Shown here piece by piece: positions 34,443 to 49,162 of a stretch of DNA of 64,000 nt. Every line of letters begins with the position of its first letter. Position 1 is the stretch's first letter. Origin of the DNA: Marsupella aquatica (lineage: Eukaryota; Plantae; Marchantiophyta); contig OZ316895.1 of NCBI GenBank assembly GCA_973895155.1, forward strand, positions 5,972,687-6,036,686, given 5' to 3'. A program made the position numbers and the translations under genes. The notes under the pieces were generated by a model. That model searched no databases. It had not been told where the DNA came from and saw nothing but the letters and a program-made list of their open reading frames with translations.

Positions 34443-35895
34443 GATGTGGAAGGACCATGGGATGTGGAAGGTCCATAGGATGTAGATGCCTCATCACCAG
34501 AAGTAGGTCTCACTTGGGAACTAGCCATGGCAACTAGTAGTTGCTCTAATTGAGCAATCTTAGCATCCTTTGGATCTATGGTTATAGCAGGGGTAGCGTC
34601 ACCTCCCTATCTCCCTGCATGTGGCATGCCACGACCACGTCCACCACCTCTACCTCCTCCTCCTCTTCCCTGATCATGTGTACGGGATCCTCCCCTCCGT
34701 AACTCAGGGTGGAGTGAGAAACACCTATCCTTGGTGTGTCCAGGAGCTCCACCTGATCCTCTATGATCTGGGCACTATCTCTGTGCATGATCCCCACCGC
34801 AGGTCCAATATCCTGACTGCTGTCCAACATAAGGGGGCACAAATCTCTGGCTGGTAGACTCTAGTGCAGTAGGCTTCTCCCTCTTGCTCTTCCGTGTAGT
34901 AGGCTGTGGTGTGGATCTAGATGCAGCCTTTGGTGCTTCCTTGGAAAATTTGGAAGTCACCACCTTCTCATTCACCATATTGAGCTCAATGCGCTCAGAA
35001 AGGGTAAAAACAACTACTAATGTGGGATCTGCATCCCTAAGCAGAGTGACATCTCTCACTCTACGTCGCAATTCTATGTCCAGAATTGCATACCAAAACT
35101 GGACTGCCTGAGCCTCTGTCACTCCCTTGGTGACAGTGATCAATCCGTGCATACGAGTGTATGTCTCACATTGACTCTCTCCAATCTTGCGCTGAAACTC
35201 CTGGAGACCCTTCAACTTATCAGTTCTCATACCCTGATAGTTCTGCTTCAGTACCTCAAAGAACTCCACCACAGGGTTAAATGCTGGTGCAACTCTAGTC
35301 CCTGTCACAATCACACCGGCAGGAGTAGCGGTGGATGCTACTGGAGTGCTACTGGTGGAGGGTGTGCCACTTTGGCTAGTGCTGCTAGAAGAAGCAATAG
35401 CTGTGGCAATGGGTTGGGGAGCCGCACTAGTGCCATAGGTGATGGACACGTAATTAGGGGACCAATGCTGCCTCCATGCCTCAATCTCAACCAAATGACC
35501 CTTCCAAAAGTCATGGTAGTCATCCATGGGTGGTCCTTCCAAATGCTGAAATAATCCCTTCCATGCCATGAAAGGGGTAAACAATGTGGCATTACGCAAT
35601 GTCTGCATATCGCACCACATATCAAACTCCTGGATGAAGTCATCCAGATCAATCATGCCAACTGCACCAGAGTATCGTCGTGGGCCCTTTGTAGCCCCGT
35701 ACATCTCGTCATATCCCACAACAAAGGTGCAACCACCTGATGATGAGGAGAACTGGTCACCGAGTCCTCGTCGGAATCATTGTTTGAAGCTGCACTACTG
35801 ACTGCTACCAATGCCGCTGGCCAAAACTGTGCCCCACTTCGAGTGAAACTGATCCGTTGTCCATCGGGTAACCCAGCAGCATCAGAAGAATCCAT
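34443..35895 (-). pseudogene. Ty3/Gypsy gag remnant with degenerate zinc knuckle, truncated by A3
   Basis: FIQEFDMWCDM...LFQHLEGPPMDDY, LQEFQRKIGES..ETYTRM and YWTCGGDHAQR*CP followed by an RGG-rich tail. Frameshift near 35725. Confidence 0.85.
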
Positions 35896-35946
35896 GGTGA
35901 CCAACCTAACCTAATCTATATGTTAACCCTAAGGGCAATCTATCCC

Positions 35947-37750
35947 TGTCAGTAACACAAACACTCACCATGGTGTGTTGGGCATCACTCCAACATCACT
36001 AGGAGAGAAATACGTAGCATAACTAGAATGTCCGGTTGCAAACCCGGATCACTCTTATAGAATCAAGCGCCCACGCCAAACTAACATGGCGCATAAACAA
36101 GAAGCATATGTGGAGAGGATCCAATCAACAAGAAGAGATCCACAATAACTCTCCACATCAATAGTGATCATACATCAATCAAATAATGTTCAATGTGGGG
36201 CCTTCATAATAGGCCTCTCAATGTTCAATGTTGTAGCCAAGGATCCATGCACAATTGGTTCAATCCATGCATCTAGGTGGATTCAAAAGCCTCAAAAACC
36301 CAAGGAGAGCTTATGATTTGGCTCAAAATGGCAATCTAAACAAACCAGAATGTGTATAAAATGCCTAAGTGCTCATTCCATTAACATCAAAGTGGAAAGG
36401 AGTGTGTGTACACAAGAGCACTTAAGAACCACATAGTTAAGCGTGTGGGGGAGGAATAGCTTTGGGATGGGTGACCTCTCACTTGTCATTATGCACCAAA
36501 TCTGGCACTCAAATCTGCAACACTTGCAAGTTCTCCTCATGTACCAGCAAGTTGACTTGCTGGACCGCCCGTTCCTGCTCCGCCCTCACATGCCCCTCGT
36601 CCCGAGTAACCACGAGTTGCCTCAAAATGCCGAGATGAGCCAAAGAGTGAGCCCTTCATGCCCGCAACGCTTTGCTACGCCGGACCCAACTTCCAGATTT
36701 GGCAACATCCACACTTCGGCCTCAGGTTTGCTTAAGAGAAATGCAGCAGACAGTGCGTCGGCGCACTGCCTTGTCGTAATGAATCCGCAATCCAGCCCTC
36801 ACAAAATGAGCAACATTCCCGAGTCGTTTCCCTTCGCAAACACGTAGGCGATAGTGCCTCCGTGCTACTGATCAGCAGCAGCCCGCCTCCGCACAGTCAT
36901 CCGCTACCAAAACAACAACATTCGAACCCGCATTTGAAGTTCTATTTCTTCAACAAAATGCAGAGGTCGACATGCAAGTTTTGCAAATCGCTACAAAGGC
37001 GGTGTCGTTGCTCAGCAACATCCGCGGCTGTTTCCCTTGCGAAAAGAATAGATCGGCCCAACAGATCTACATACGACAATGATGCAGGCCTGATCTATCA
37101 ACATCCGCACCTCAACAGGCCCGATCTACTTCACAAAAATGCGAATAGCAGCATACTGTTCATCAAATGGCAGCATAGATCCCAGATCGACACACTGTCT
37201 CCTTGCAAATCTTGCAAAATGTTGAGCGCTCTGTGAGACACAAACTGCAGCAGATCAAAATACTAACGATCTATTCAATATGATCGAGCTACCACGGATC
37301 CACGCAACAGCTTCAAACGATTTCCATGAGCCGTCGCCAACTCAATCGCCACGAAACGAACTTCTGTTTGCACAGTCCGCACAACAGAGTTCGCATTTGA
37401 TCTTTCAATGTAATCTTCTCAACAATCGGCACAACGATCCCGGTAGACAATACCCCATCGATCCCGCACCGATCTGATCACACACGTATGTCAAGCCAAC
37501 GCACCTTGCACTACTCAAGGAATCCACGTTACACAAGCGGAGCTCCCAGCCATCATAGCCACACTCAAGCTCCTCTCTCTCCAAGGCTCAACATTGAAAG
37601 ATAACCTTTCAATGCCTCACAAGAGAGAACTACCCTCTCACACAAAGCTAACGGAACCTTATTAGCTCATATAGCACACATACCAAACATACGGATCTAG
37701 ATAGTATGATACACTCTAACACTACCTAGAATGGTGTGACACGGTTGACA
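35947..37750 (-). mobile_element. Probable 5' LTR (~1.8 kb) of the gag-bearing element
   Basis: TGTCA at 35947 and TGACA ending at 37750 bracket a non-coding block directly upstream of gag. The boundaries are not confirmed by a second LTR or a TSD. Confidence 0.55.
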
Positions 37751-38918
37751 TACACTCTCATATCTTCACCTTGTGTGCATGACGGGCAGTGCAAGATAGC
37801 AAACCACATCGAATGACAGGACCAACAGGCAGCAATAAATGAGTTCCCCAGGAAAGCTTGTCCATAATCAATTCACAGCCTTGAGTGATGGTGTCCTGCG
37901 CTTTATGAAGCTGCCTCAATGCCAAATGTGACGAGCCCACAGCCCAGGTTTGACACCCTAATCATATCTCTCCCTCCTGGTATGAGTCTCCCTGCAGGAT
38001 CCTCTTGTGGGCTACCCTATATCTCTAGTGCATATTCCCACAATGATCAGCCATGGATGGATGGACCATAGCCTTGGGTGACACAATGCAACAAAACAAA
38101 TAACCTCCTTTCTGCACCAAATTTTGAAAACCTTTTTTAGCTTTGCATGGATACTGGTAGTTTCATTAAGGCTAGCGCAAATTTGATGACAAGATAATAT
38201 TTTCTCTTTGCCATACTTTTTCATATAAATTTGGATATCCTTTAATAATTTACTAACACTACAAGGATAGCGCAATAACCAGAAACCACATAAGATATAT
38301 GCAAATTTTGAGAAAAAACAGATTAGGGCTTTTTAAAGCTTTATAGTTGCTTTCAAGGAAAGTTTCATACTGCGGACAATGGCTTTTGGCCATGAACAAA
38401 TGGCTTAGCTTTCTCACAGGTATTTTCCACTATCCTCTAGAGAGACTTATTGTCATGGGATATGTAAAATCATGCATTATGAATTTGGTAGACCATATCT
38501 TTTTTTGTCCCTCATTAGTTAAGGTTCATCAAATTTTGAGGTTCATCAAATGAGTGTGGAGCATCTATAAATATCAAACCCCAAAAGTAATATAAAGCAA
38601 TCATTATACGTATTAGACTTCTCTTGACTTTCTGCGCACTCTGTCGAAGCTTTCGTAAAGTACTGGATATCTGTGAATTTAAATTGAAGGCAGCAAAGCA
38701 AATTTCAACTCAACTAATTGGTCAGTCAACCATGAGACTGTCTCGAAGACCTTCCTAAACTGCCAGCTAGATTCACTGTCCAATATGATTGTGAATTTGT
38801 GATCAACCCAGCTGCTGATTGTGCAAATTAAAGAACTTTAGTGGTTTGTGCGAGCACGCAATTGCACGATATGTCACCCGTTTACAGTTCACCATGAGTC
38901 TAGTAGAAGGCAGCTTAG

Positions 38919-39383
38919 AGACACCAAATTAGATCGTTTCCTGAATGTGTCAATAGAGTGGTGCACAATGTATTGCAATAGACCTTCTAAATGTAATTGC
39001 CGAATACTTGGAATATGCACTCAGATGAAATTTCCGTTTCTGATGTCGTCATTAGACAGAGTTTTGAAAAATCCTTAAGCCACTATTCGGTTCCAGATGC
39101 AGATTATAAATTTGAAGTTGGATTTCAGAATAGACGCCAAATTAGATCGTCTCGTGAGTGTCGTTGTCAATAGAGTGGTGCACAATGTATTTCAATCGAC
39201 CTTCTAAATGTAAGTGCCGAATAGTTGGTTTAAGGAATTCTTTTAGTTTTTTCGAGGCAAAAAAATAGTTGGAATACGCACTAGGATCAATTTCCATTTC
39301 CGATGTCATTCACTAGACAGAGTTTTGAAAAACCCTAAGCCACTGATTCGTTCCAGATGCAGATTAGAACGATTGAAGTTGGA
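38919..39383. repeat. Diverged tandem duplication (~205-250 bp x2)
   Basis: CCAAATTAGATCGT...GTCAATAGAGTGGTGCACAATGTATT...TAGACAGAGTTTTGAAAA...TTCCAGATGCAGATTA occurs twice. Confidence 0.9.
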
Positions 39384-42300
39384 AGGGAATTTTTCCCTCA
39401 TTTCCAGTGCAAGCGGTAGACGCACTGATGAGCTGTTTTGTTACCAAAAATGCCACAGGGGTCTAGAAATTTCTGCTGCATAGCCCACCTCATGGTCTGT
39501 TGTCCACTAACTGGACCGGGGACCATTTCTAACAAGATGTTGTGTGAAAGAAAAAGATAAAATGAAACAGATATTCTCACCTACAACTGCGACTGTGGCT
39601 GAGATACTAGAAGATTAACTTGTCATTTGCCCTGGCCGCCCGGATGAGGTGGAATAAGGATTGATTTGAGATCGACAATCCGGTGCATAGTGAGCATATC
39701 CACATCAATATCACTCAACCAAGGTAACACAAAGACCCCAGTTAAGCAACTCGTCCATGAGTTTGTTTTCGAGTAAATCCTTCGCAACTTGCTGGGAATT
39801 CCTTCAATCCTAAACCTACTTTAATTCATGAGGGCAGATGCTCCTGCCTTTTTGTTTGGCCTGACACCAAATCTCTGTGTACATATTATTGAAGCTGACA
39901 ACTGTGACAAGAATAAAAGACGATCTGTCATTAGACTTTCAGAAAACGTCAAAAAGTAAACTACTGTTCAGGAAACACAGCCATTATCAAACAGATTTTT
40001 CTTGCATCATTCGCGGGTGGTTGTTTCTTGCTCTCTGTGATTTTATTGTCATGGATTTACAGTGTCCATCAATGCCAGTTGTGTTGTAATTAAAAGATAA
40101 CGATGAATATAATTAGTATTTCAGCTAAACCTGTGTTTTGCAGTGATTCGATTGAATTTGGAAGCAAGTCTCTAAATGTTACATTCACCCCAGGTTTACT
40201 AGATTCACCCCAAATAGAAACTGTCCCACTTTGATGATGGGTTAGTACCCAAGGGCCCTTCCTCCTGTTGCTGGACTTTTTGTGCAGTGTCCTCACTAAG
40301 ACTTTGAGATGGAATAGAATAGAAGTTTCAGCTTGCATCAATATGAGTACAAGCCACACGACATGGACACATTCAGCGAGCTTTTCATGCGGCTATACAT
40401 GTCTTACTAGTGAATTGTTCAAAATTGGCAAAAGAAGTCTTTGACATCTTTCTCGACATTGGATGTAGTATAGACCCTTCAATCAGTTTACGCACATCTT
40501 CAATCATGGGGCAAAATACATACGCATGGTTTTGTAAGTCTATTATATCCTTCAGAACTGATCTTCGATTTCTCACTAGTTTCCAGACTTTTCTTTCAAC
40601 AGCTGTTTACAGTCAGACCAACAGCTGTTGGCCGTCCTTTATCTATCCGTAAAAGAATTCATTTCATAGAAATCTTCTGGTTCTGTCCCAAGTTTTCATG
40701 CAATGCTCGTGTTGAACATCTAATTTTGTAGCTTAACCTCCTAAATTTGTTTTCTACATTGCCCCTACAGTGCACAACATTTATTTGTTGGACAGAATTC
40801 AGGATTCGACGAATTCCCGCTTCCGGATGCCCACATCAGTGGCAAGTTTTCCGTTTCTAGCTCAGTTTAGCATCCGGAACACTTCCTGCCGCAGAAAATG
40901 TCGCCCACGGTGGCATCCTACCCGATCGATTGAGCACTTGAGTCCTACTGTAGACACGGAGGTGACCAATTTCCTTCGAGCTCAATCATATCCACGTCCA
41001 GGGCCATTGTGTCCCTGAAACTTGTCCCTATAGTCATCAACTTGGAGCACAACAGAATATGCCACTTTTCTGGCGTTGTCGGTTGTAGATCTGTGTAGCT
41101 GACGGTATAGATTATCCCGACTTTCGCGTTCCCCTTCGATTCTACATTTCAATGGAGTTTTTTGTTCTGTTTGTTTCAGGATCGATCAATGAAGAATAAG
41201 TTTCCAGTTGAGAAGAAGCATTCGTTGGGAACGAGTGGCCAAGTTGGACTTCGTGCATTGCGGCATTAACCAATCTCCCCTTTCCTCTTTTGTCAGTGTG
41301 TGGCGGCTTTAACCTTATTTTCACCACTTTGAGCTGTCGGAGAGGTTTGGAGCAGGTTTTGCATGTCCAGGACCACCGTTGAGAATGAGATTCTGCTGGC
41401 ACTGTCAGTGAGAAAAAAGTGAGGGACGAGGATGTCGCCCTGACATATATTAAATGTTTTGCGGCCCCCACCGGAAGATAGTCAGAAGCTTCCCAAGGTC
41501 GTCCACTCGTCAATGAAAATCCTTTTCACTTTTCCCATTTTAATCACAGTACTGGACTGAAGTACGTTTTTGGGCAACTACGTGGTAAATGTTCCAGAAG
41601 GTCGTGGCAATGGAGAGAAAGGCAGTTGGAAGGTGACATCCGTCAGTTTGTGTCATTGACAATTATCTTTGCATTGTTGTGCCCTCGAGATGGAATTTTT
41701 CATGTTGTCCCACTGTTGCTTCGATGGAAGTTGGACGAAAATTAAATGATATTTTTCCTAGTTTTTTGCTTATGCACCTACGAAAAATTCAGTAGTCTAT
41801 GGAAATGGGAATCAATCATGGTTTTGTGCCTCAAGCTAGACTCGTCCGACACGGTAATCTGGTAGTGTCCAGTAGCTGGTGCACCATTGACACAGACCTA
41901 GCTCCTAGACAACTTACTGTTCTTCCCTTGTTGGTTTTATCCCTCGACCCCCTCTCTGTATAGCTATTCGTCATTGTTAGGAGGGACCAGAATTTTTTTG
42001 GTTGATTTTTGATGACTTGGCATTGACACTGTGCGATCTCGTCCACAACAGTCAATATTTGTTCGTTCTCTCACTTATTGCAATGTTTGTCAATTGGGTT
42101 TCGGAGCAATCAACCGCCTCTGTTCTCCATGTGCTATGTACCGGGGTCATCTCGATTCGGAACCATCTCATTATGATTGGAATGATGCAATGAATGCAAG
42201 GTCTCTGAAATTTCTCGGAATGTTCCACAAGTTTATTGTAGGCAGAATGTTATCAGACAATTGGAATCTGACACTGGGTCGACAAGTGAAAGACATACTT

Positions 42301-42581
42301 CGTACTGGATCCTAGTCCGCTTTTAAAACGGCCCACAAAATAGTGTCTCCCATGAAAGTTCTGGGGCGATCTAACTCAGGAAGTGTGTTTGAAGCAGCTA
42401 GCATCAGCAGACGCCCAAGAATCTTGTAGATGTCGAGATCTAGGGATGAGTAGCCAAGACTGAAAGGACGAAGGGGAGGGAGACGACCAACGGAGAAGAT
42501 TGGAGAAGTGGGAGATAAACAGAGGAGGAGCATGACGAAGAAAGTTATATAGCTTCTTAAGCGTGGGGTGCATCTTCGAGG

Positions 42582-44891
42582 ATGTCAAACGTGGAAGTCG
42601 AGGGAGTGGTGTTAGTGGTCGGGGGATCAGGCTACCTGGGCCTGCATCTCCTGCACTATTTTGTGACCAGCACGAGATTTCGTCTAGCTTTCACGTACAG
42701 CAAAAACGACTCCCCTCCGCCTGCTCCATTCTTGCAAAAGGTTCCGTCCTTCCGTATGGATCTGCGCACAGGTGCCGGTCTCAGCGAGATATCTGACGCT
42801 CTCGGGCCGGTAAGAAAATTTTTCTCTTGTCATCATCTGTGCTTGTGTCTCCCAATTTTTTTATTGTGTTCGCTTCAGTGCCATTGAAGAGGGACCCGAA
42901 GCTGTACGGTAGAGAGGGACATTGCTCTTAGCTTTTTCAGTTCACAAGAGCACAATCTGGAGCGCTTCTGCTGAGACGGTTCTCATTATGTAGCCTCTGT
43001 CGCAGTCTTTTGGACATTAGATCTCCTAGCTTGGTTGGGAAGGTACTAAGGCTGCACACTGATGGTAGTGAGAGTTATGCAGACGATCCTCAGCATTTGT
43101 GTATCTATGTTTGGATGGTTTGTGGGGGGTAGGTTTTGTGATTTTCAGTGGTCAAATTTTTTGGGTCTCGCCGTCATTTGCCCTAAAGTTGAGTGTTGGG
43201 TATCCCTTGAAAGTAGAGTTGGGAACGTGTTGGGAACGTGTTGGGAGAGTGCTCGAAGGGAAGGGAGCAGATTTTTTTCACCCGCTGAGCTTGTAATATG
43301 AAATTGAACTAGTGTTGAGCTCGCTGCAAGTGGCTAATTAGAGGAATCCTGTTTGGGTGGCCCAGCCATCTGTTGTGGTGAATTGTGCAGCAATCGCAAT
43401 TCCCAGGGAGTGTGAAGAGAATCCCGAGCTAGCTGACGGTGTCAATGTGCCAAGATCGATCGTTCACTGGCTGAAATCATTCGCTCATAACAAGCCGCTG
43501 CTCATTCACCTTTCCACTGATCAAGGTACTTCTCTCTCCCTTGTTTTTCCCACGTACAGCACAAGTTCAGCTGAAATCTGAAACTTTGCAATTGCTTGTT
43601 TTACAATAAATCGAGTGGGTTAACGATATGGTGAAGTTTGCAAATCTTGCACAGTTCTTCCACTTTTGGGTTGCGACTAAATTTGGGTTCCTCCAGAATG
43701 TTCCGGAAATACAAATACACGAAATGTCTTGCATAGACAATTTTCGCATGGATGTTGATTTGTTTGGCCGATCGGGGTGGTTTTTAAACACCCTCTGTAC
43801 GGCTGAAACTCGACTAGTCTTAAGAGTTTTGTCTTGGTGATTCACAGTATATGCCGGCACGAAGGCGTTTTACAAAGAAGAGGACGAAACCAAGCCTGTA
43901 AACGTTTACGGTAAAACTAAAGTCGATGCTGAGAAACTTATTCGAGCTAATTGGCCTAATTATGCAATTCTGCGGAGCAGCATCATTTATGGACCACAGC
44001 CCGCTTTTCCAGTTCCCAAGACACTTCCAATTCAGGTGCTTGTGACAACAGTTCTTCCCTGCTTGGTGTTTGTAATTATTCACAATGTCCCTCTTTTGCA
44101 GATGTTTGACTTGACCCTTCATTGTCAAATGTGCAGTGGATCGATTCCACTCTGGCATCTGGGACGAAGACAGATTTCTTCTCCGATGAGTTCAGATGTC
44201 CTGTCTATGTCAAAGACGTTGTGAAGGTGGTGGTGCTTGTAATGATGAACTCAATGGCAGGTGCTAATTGATTCTTTCAACTTACTTTGCCCATAATTAG
44301 CCTCCAATTCTCGATGTCGCTTCACACATAAATTTCCTTGCCAATAATCTGAGTTTTTCATTTGCTCACTCAGCCTTCCTTAGTCAGTTTTGCTTACACT
44401 TCGTTCATATTGCAGCGGGGGGTTTTGCACAACTGTTGCTAAATGTTGGTGGTCCAGATCGGTTGTCACGAGCTGGTATGGCTGAAGTGCTAGGTCAAGT
44501 TAGGGGACACGACTTGACTCTTATTAATAATGTCTCGGCATCAACGGTAAGAATTTTAACACGCTTGCCTTCTCTTTCTTGGAGAGCATGTTTCGTGTCC
44601 GATGTACTTGCCTATTCAGAAGAATGCAGATTTCTAGTCCTAGAGATTCAGCTCTGTTACCCACTGCGGGGTTTTTTCCGGTAACATCTGTAGGAAATTT
44701 ACTCTTGACATATTTCCTTCCAGGTGAATCGAGGTGTGAAGAGCCCCCCTGACATTTCCATGAATATCTCGAAAGTAAAGGCACTACTCGGCATTAACAT
44801 GACGAGTTTTTCTGACGGAGTGAAGAAGACGTTTGAGTGTATTGCAGCAATTACCAAAGAAAACGTTGAGGTTATTGAGACAGACCTCTAG
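42582..44891 (+). CDS. RmlD-like / methionine adenosyltransferase 2 beta-like extended SDR (NAD(P)-binding Rossmann) protein; exons 42582-42809, 43366-43525, 43848-44035, 44137-44260, 44416-44546, 44724-44891
   Basis: VLVVGGSGYLG, VVVNCAA, LIHLSTDQVY, PVNVYGKTK (YxxxK), LRSSIIYG, DEFRCPVYVKD and LNVGGPDRLSR motifs. All GT-AG junctions keep frame. Confidence 0.95.
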
Positions 44892-47029
44892 GATGGTACG
44901 AAGCAGCCTCTTGATGACAGTAGACAAGAAGAGCGATGACAACAGAACAATCAGATTTTCAGGAGAGACTGAGGACACAGGTTTGAGCACAAGAGGAGAC
45001 AATCTCTATGTTCAGTTTGGATCTCCTTCCGAAGAGTTCATCACTCGATCCTCTAGGTTATAGCTCACTCCAATTCGTATCGTTAGGATGAAAGTACAGG
45101 ACCCTAGTGCGACTGAAGTCCAATTTGTTGTAGTCTCACAGACAAAACAGGATGTCGAGTGCAAATGAACAATACCTAATTCATGCTGATGACCAACATG
45201 AGATGCTCTGCAATATCATGGAGGTTGGGGAGGATGCTCACTTTTCCACTTGTGGACGTATTATGAAACAAGCGGGGCAGAATTGGTCTTCTTGGGACTC
45301 CATCTAGTGGCCCGAAGTCCGCTGTAACCCGAATGTGATCGATAATCAGAGATTGATTCTGGTGCTCGCTGATACCGATAAAGGGGCTTTACGAGAGCTG
45401 CACTCGGGTACCAACATTCATGCAAGACTTATTTTTGTTGTCAACGCATGAGTGATAGCTGTTGTTATTTACATTACTTCGTGTTCTCTGGGAGTGCTGA
45501 CCGAGTTTTCCTTACAATTGAAGGGACCTCATCTATAAAGATCTAGTCACAATCGGATTACTTGACCTTTGAATCCTGGGTGAGCTTCTGGAAGTAGGTT
45601 TTCTTCAAGAGTATTCTACTATTTCGTCCCTCTATTGCGATGTATGGGGAAATTTGGTTTACAAACTACATGGAAGTTGCTGATCTTGCTGTGGAATGGG
45701 TGATCTTATGTTTTGAGCAACTTGCAGTTACAGACTATGGACCCTTTGATTTTCTCTGACCCTGCTCCAAGACTGGAACGCCATTTGGTCCAAAAGTTTA
45801 CACGATCCCACAACTGACGCCAGTATAGGCGACCTCATGTCTCGTCTACAAGCAAGGAAAAAGGATTTCAGCTTGGGCTTCAATATTCGCATCTCCCTAA
45901 ATTCACTCAGACAGTGAAATGTTCAGATAACTTGGTGCGGCAGCTGTGTATGGCTGGGCCGGTAGCGGTGCAGTAGTAGTGTCACTTGGGCTCCTGCAGT
46001 CGTTTTTGGCCGCCATGGTAATACGAGACCTTACCTCTGCTACCGCCAGTGGGCTGGTTAATTTTGTGGACGAGTGCGTCAGGGCAATTCTCGACTTTCC
46101 TTGTTTTTTAGGCAATCTTATAAAGCCAATTTCGAGCTGAATTTTCTTCTGTAAGCGATCTCTTGAACTCAATTTCGATGGCTTTGTGTAGTTTCATTTC
46201 GAATGTAATGAATGCTTGGGGTGTAGGGTTTCGGACAGTTCGTGAGTGGGAGGTCGAGTTCGTGAATGGGAGGTCGAGTTGGAAAGTCCTCAGTACCTGA
46301 TTCCAACGGATGATTTTCGATGTAACAGGTTCTGTTCGATCCCATCGGCCCTGGCTTCGCCGGGAGGTCTTTCACCGTCCACTGCAAAGTAACATCCCAA
46401 TTTGTGTCGGGATTGCTTAATGTAACGAATGCGGAGTGTCTGAGCGTCAAAGAAGCTCGTATTGTTTGTTTGTGGCAGGCGAAAAGAGGGATTCAGAGAA
46501 GCTTCGGTGAGATTTCTTTTCGGATCAGTCTCAGTGGTTGGATAATTGGTTGGAAAAGTTGAACACAACGCTGTCCACACTGCGAAAGTTGTCTTCTGTC
46601 ACAATGTTCTTCTGGACGCAGATCAGGACGGTGTTCTCGTTTACAGCACCTGACCTACATCATGTGGTGAGAAATGCAGTGGTGATTAGCAAGAGTTGTC
46701 TTTGGTGGCAGGGAAATTCGATGTATCCAGTTATCAAACATAAGGAGACACAGCAGTCACTCTGGCTTAAGATTGGCTCGCATGGGTTGAAGCTGAGCTT
46801 GCAGTAATGCAACCAGGCACTGTATAGCTAAGAATATGTTCGTGGAACAAAAGGCTTCCAAAATGTGTCAAATTGGGGCAATGTGAGAATCTGATCAAAC
46901 TCTTCCGACGGCACAATATGAATACATCCAGACAGGTTTACAACATCTGGTTGATGGAAAAAAATATGTCCCCACTCTCTACCCTACAAAGAGTGATGTC
47001 TTACTAATAAATCAGGATTAGAAGCTAAA

Positions 47030-47156
47030 ATTGGGGTCTAGGTTTCTAGAGGAATGCCTCTAGAATTGGGGTCTAGAAATGGTCTAGGCTTCTAGAGTGA
47101 TGCCTCTACAATTGGGGTCTAGAAACTGTCTAGGGTTCTAGAGTGATGACTCTAGA
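47030..47156. repeat. ~48-bp tandem repeat rich in TCTAGA
   Basis: AATTGGGGTCTAG...TTCTAGAGTGATGCCTCTA occurs about 2.5-3 times. Confidence 0.85.
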
Positions 47157-48289
47157 TTGTGACTCAAGGGTCTCACCAAAATGTATATGGATGGAAAAAA
47201 GAATAAATGCTACATATGTCAAATGATAATCATGTATGATGATGTTTGTATAATTTTCTATTAAAATTTAAAAAATGGGTAGTCAGGCAACTTGAGGCTA
47301 AAAATCCATATGGGGTTTCTGCTATGAAGAACTGGCCAATTTCTCACTATTTGCAACATGATACCCTTGAATTTGTTTTTTGAAACAGCCATCAGATCTC
47401 TTGTTCTTGTGGACATAACAAATGAAAGAAGAAAGCCACTCCCATGGCCAGACCCAAATTTCTTTTAGGAGCAAAAGTTTCACTAAAATACCCTTGCTGT
47501 GTTTGGGCTCTCCTTGATTGACATAAGATAAGGGCACAGGGTCATCAACATCTTATCTCCTCCATCAATCTTAGATATTTGGCCCCATTATTTGTGTAGT
47601 TGTCTTTCCATCTTGTTGTTTCTTGTCCTGTCAAGGACACTTTTTTTATGATCCAAGGGTCTAATTGTTTTGCTGGCATTGACTCAAACACACAAAGTTG
47701 ATTTATTACCAAACAAATTAATGAATATTCTGTTTGAATATAACCAAAAATTACTGGTGTAGTGGAGCTAGGAAGCTACATAACATTTCCCATGGGGATC
47801 CGTAATTAATATTTAGTATATAAGATATTGTCTAGAAAAATTCTAATCTATTCATAGGGTCCATCTTTGTTATGAAAGTAAATTCTAACATGTTAGTAAA
47901 CTACTAATCCTAATTTTTGATATTCCTTTAAATAAAAAAATTTAGAAATTTAGAAATTTAGAAATTTTAAAAGTTTTGTAAAAAAATGATCTAATTTGAT
48001 AAATTGATAATTTTTAAATGATATAAAATTAAAATATATTTTAATTGAACATACTATCTACATTTGTTTTTATAAAATTTTGATTTTATTAGACTTTTTT
48101 TAACTAACACTCAATTTACAGTAATTTTTCTTTTGATTTGCTCCATATCTATGTGTGTTCTTTAAAAACATGTGAATCCATATCCAAATAGTGTAAAATA
48201 TTTTTTCATCTAACATGCTATACTAAAGACTTATAAGAAGATATCATAAATACACATAAAATTGTTTTGACAAATGTTCAAAACTATTT

Positions 48290-48800
48290 AATTTATTTAA
48301 ATTTTTATTTTTCATTAGATTTCATTAGGTCTCTTATCATTAGATTATATTTTTTAGTTTAATATTTTATTTTTTAATAATATAAGATATTTTAAAGTAT
48401 CTAATAATAAATATTTTTTATAACAAAAATTTATATTTAAATACATATATCATATATAATTTATTAAAAATTTTAATTATATTATTAATAATTATATTTA
48501 GATTATATATTAAATTTTAATATATTAAATATATTATTTGTTTTATATATGTTTTATTTAGATATATTATGATATATTATAAATTAAATATTTATAATAT
48601 TATTAAAATTAAATACATTTAATCCATTTAATTTTAGTATATAATAAATTTTAATTATTATCATATATTATAATTAGATGAATTATATGTATTTAATTTT
48701 TTAAAAATTTATTATATTAATATATTATAATTTTAATATTTGATAATATATTATAATAATTTTAACATAAATTATATTAATATTTATTATATTTAATCAT
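48290..48800. repeat. Extremely AT-rich low-complexity tract
   Basis: Almost exclusively A/T (TATTA/ATAAT runs). Confidence 0.9.
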
Positions 48801-49162
48801 TTTAATTGTGAAGAGAATTTATGATACTTAAATTTATTTTCTTACTTTTTTGGATAATTAGAGTATCTTAAAATGAAATAGACTTTAAAATTAAATTTAT
48901 ATACATGAATAAGTCCAAAATACAAGAACATTCACATGGGTACAAGTGATATAAGAAGTGGAAGGTTTATATATATAGCCTATATTCCATCCTTGGTGGA
49001 TATGTGTCATTGACAACAAGGGGAGAAAAAGAGAATGAGCAAGCAAGTACTTTTTTCCCAATCAAACAAAAGACTAGGGAAGAAAAGAAGTAAAACATGT
49101 AATCAAGCTTGAACAATGACTCTTAGGCAAGGAAGTATATCTTTTTCACAATATCATTTTAG

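Noticed and set aside
39590-41520. Minus-strand protein-like fragments (e.g. QVAKDLLENKLMDELLNWVFVLPWL)
   Set aside because: Short, stop-interrupted and without a recognisable family. Possibly an old pseudogene, but not supportable.
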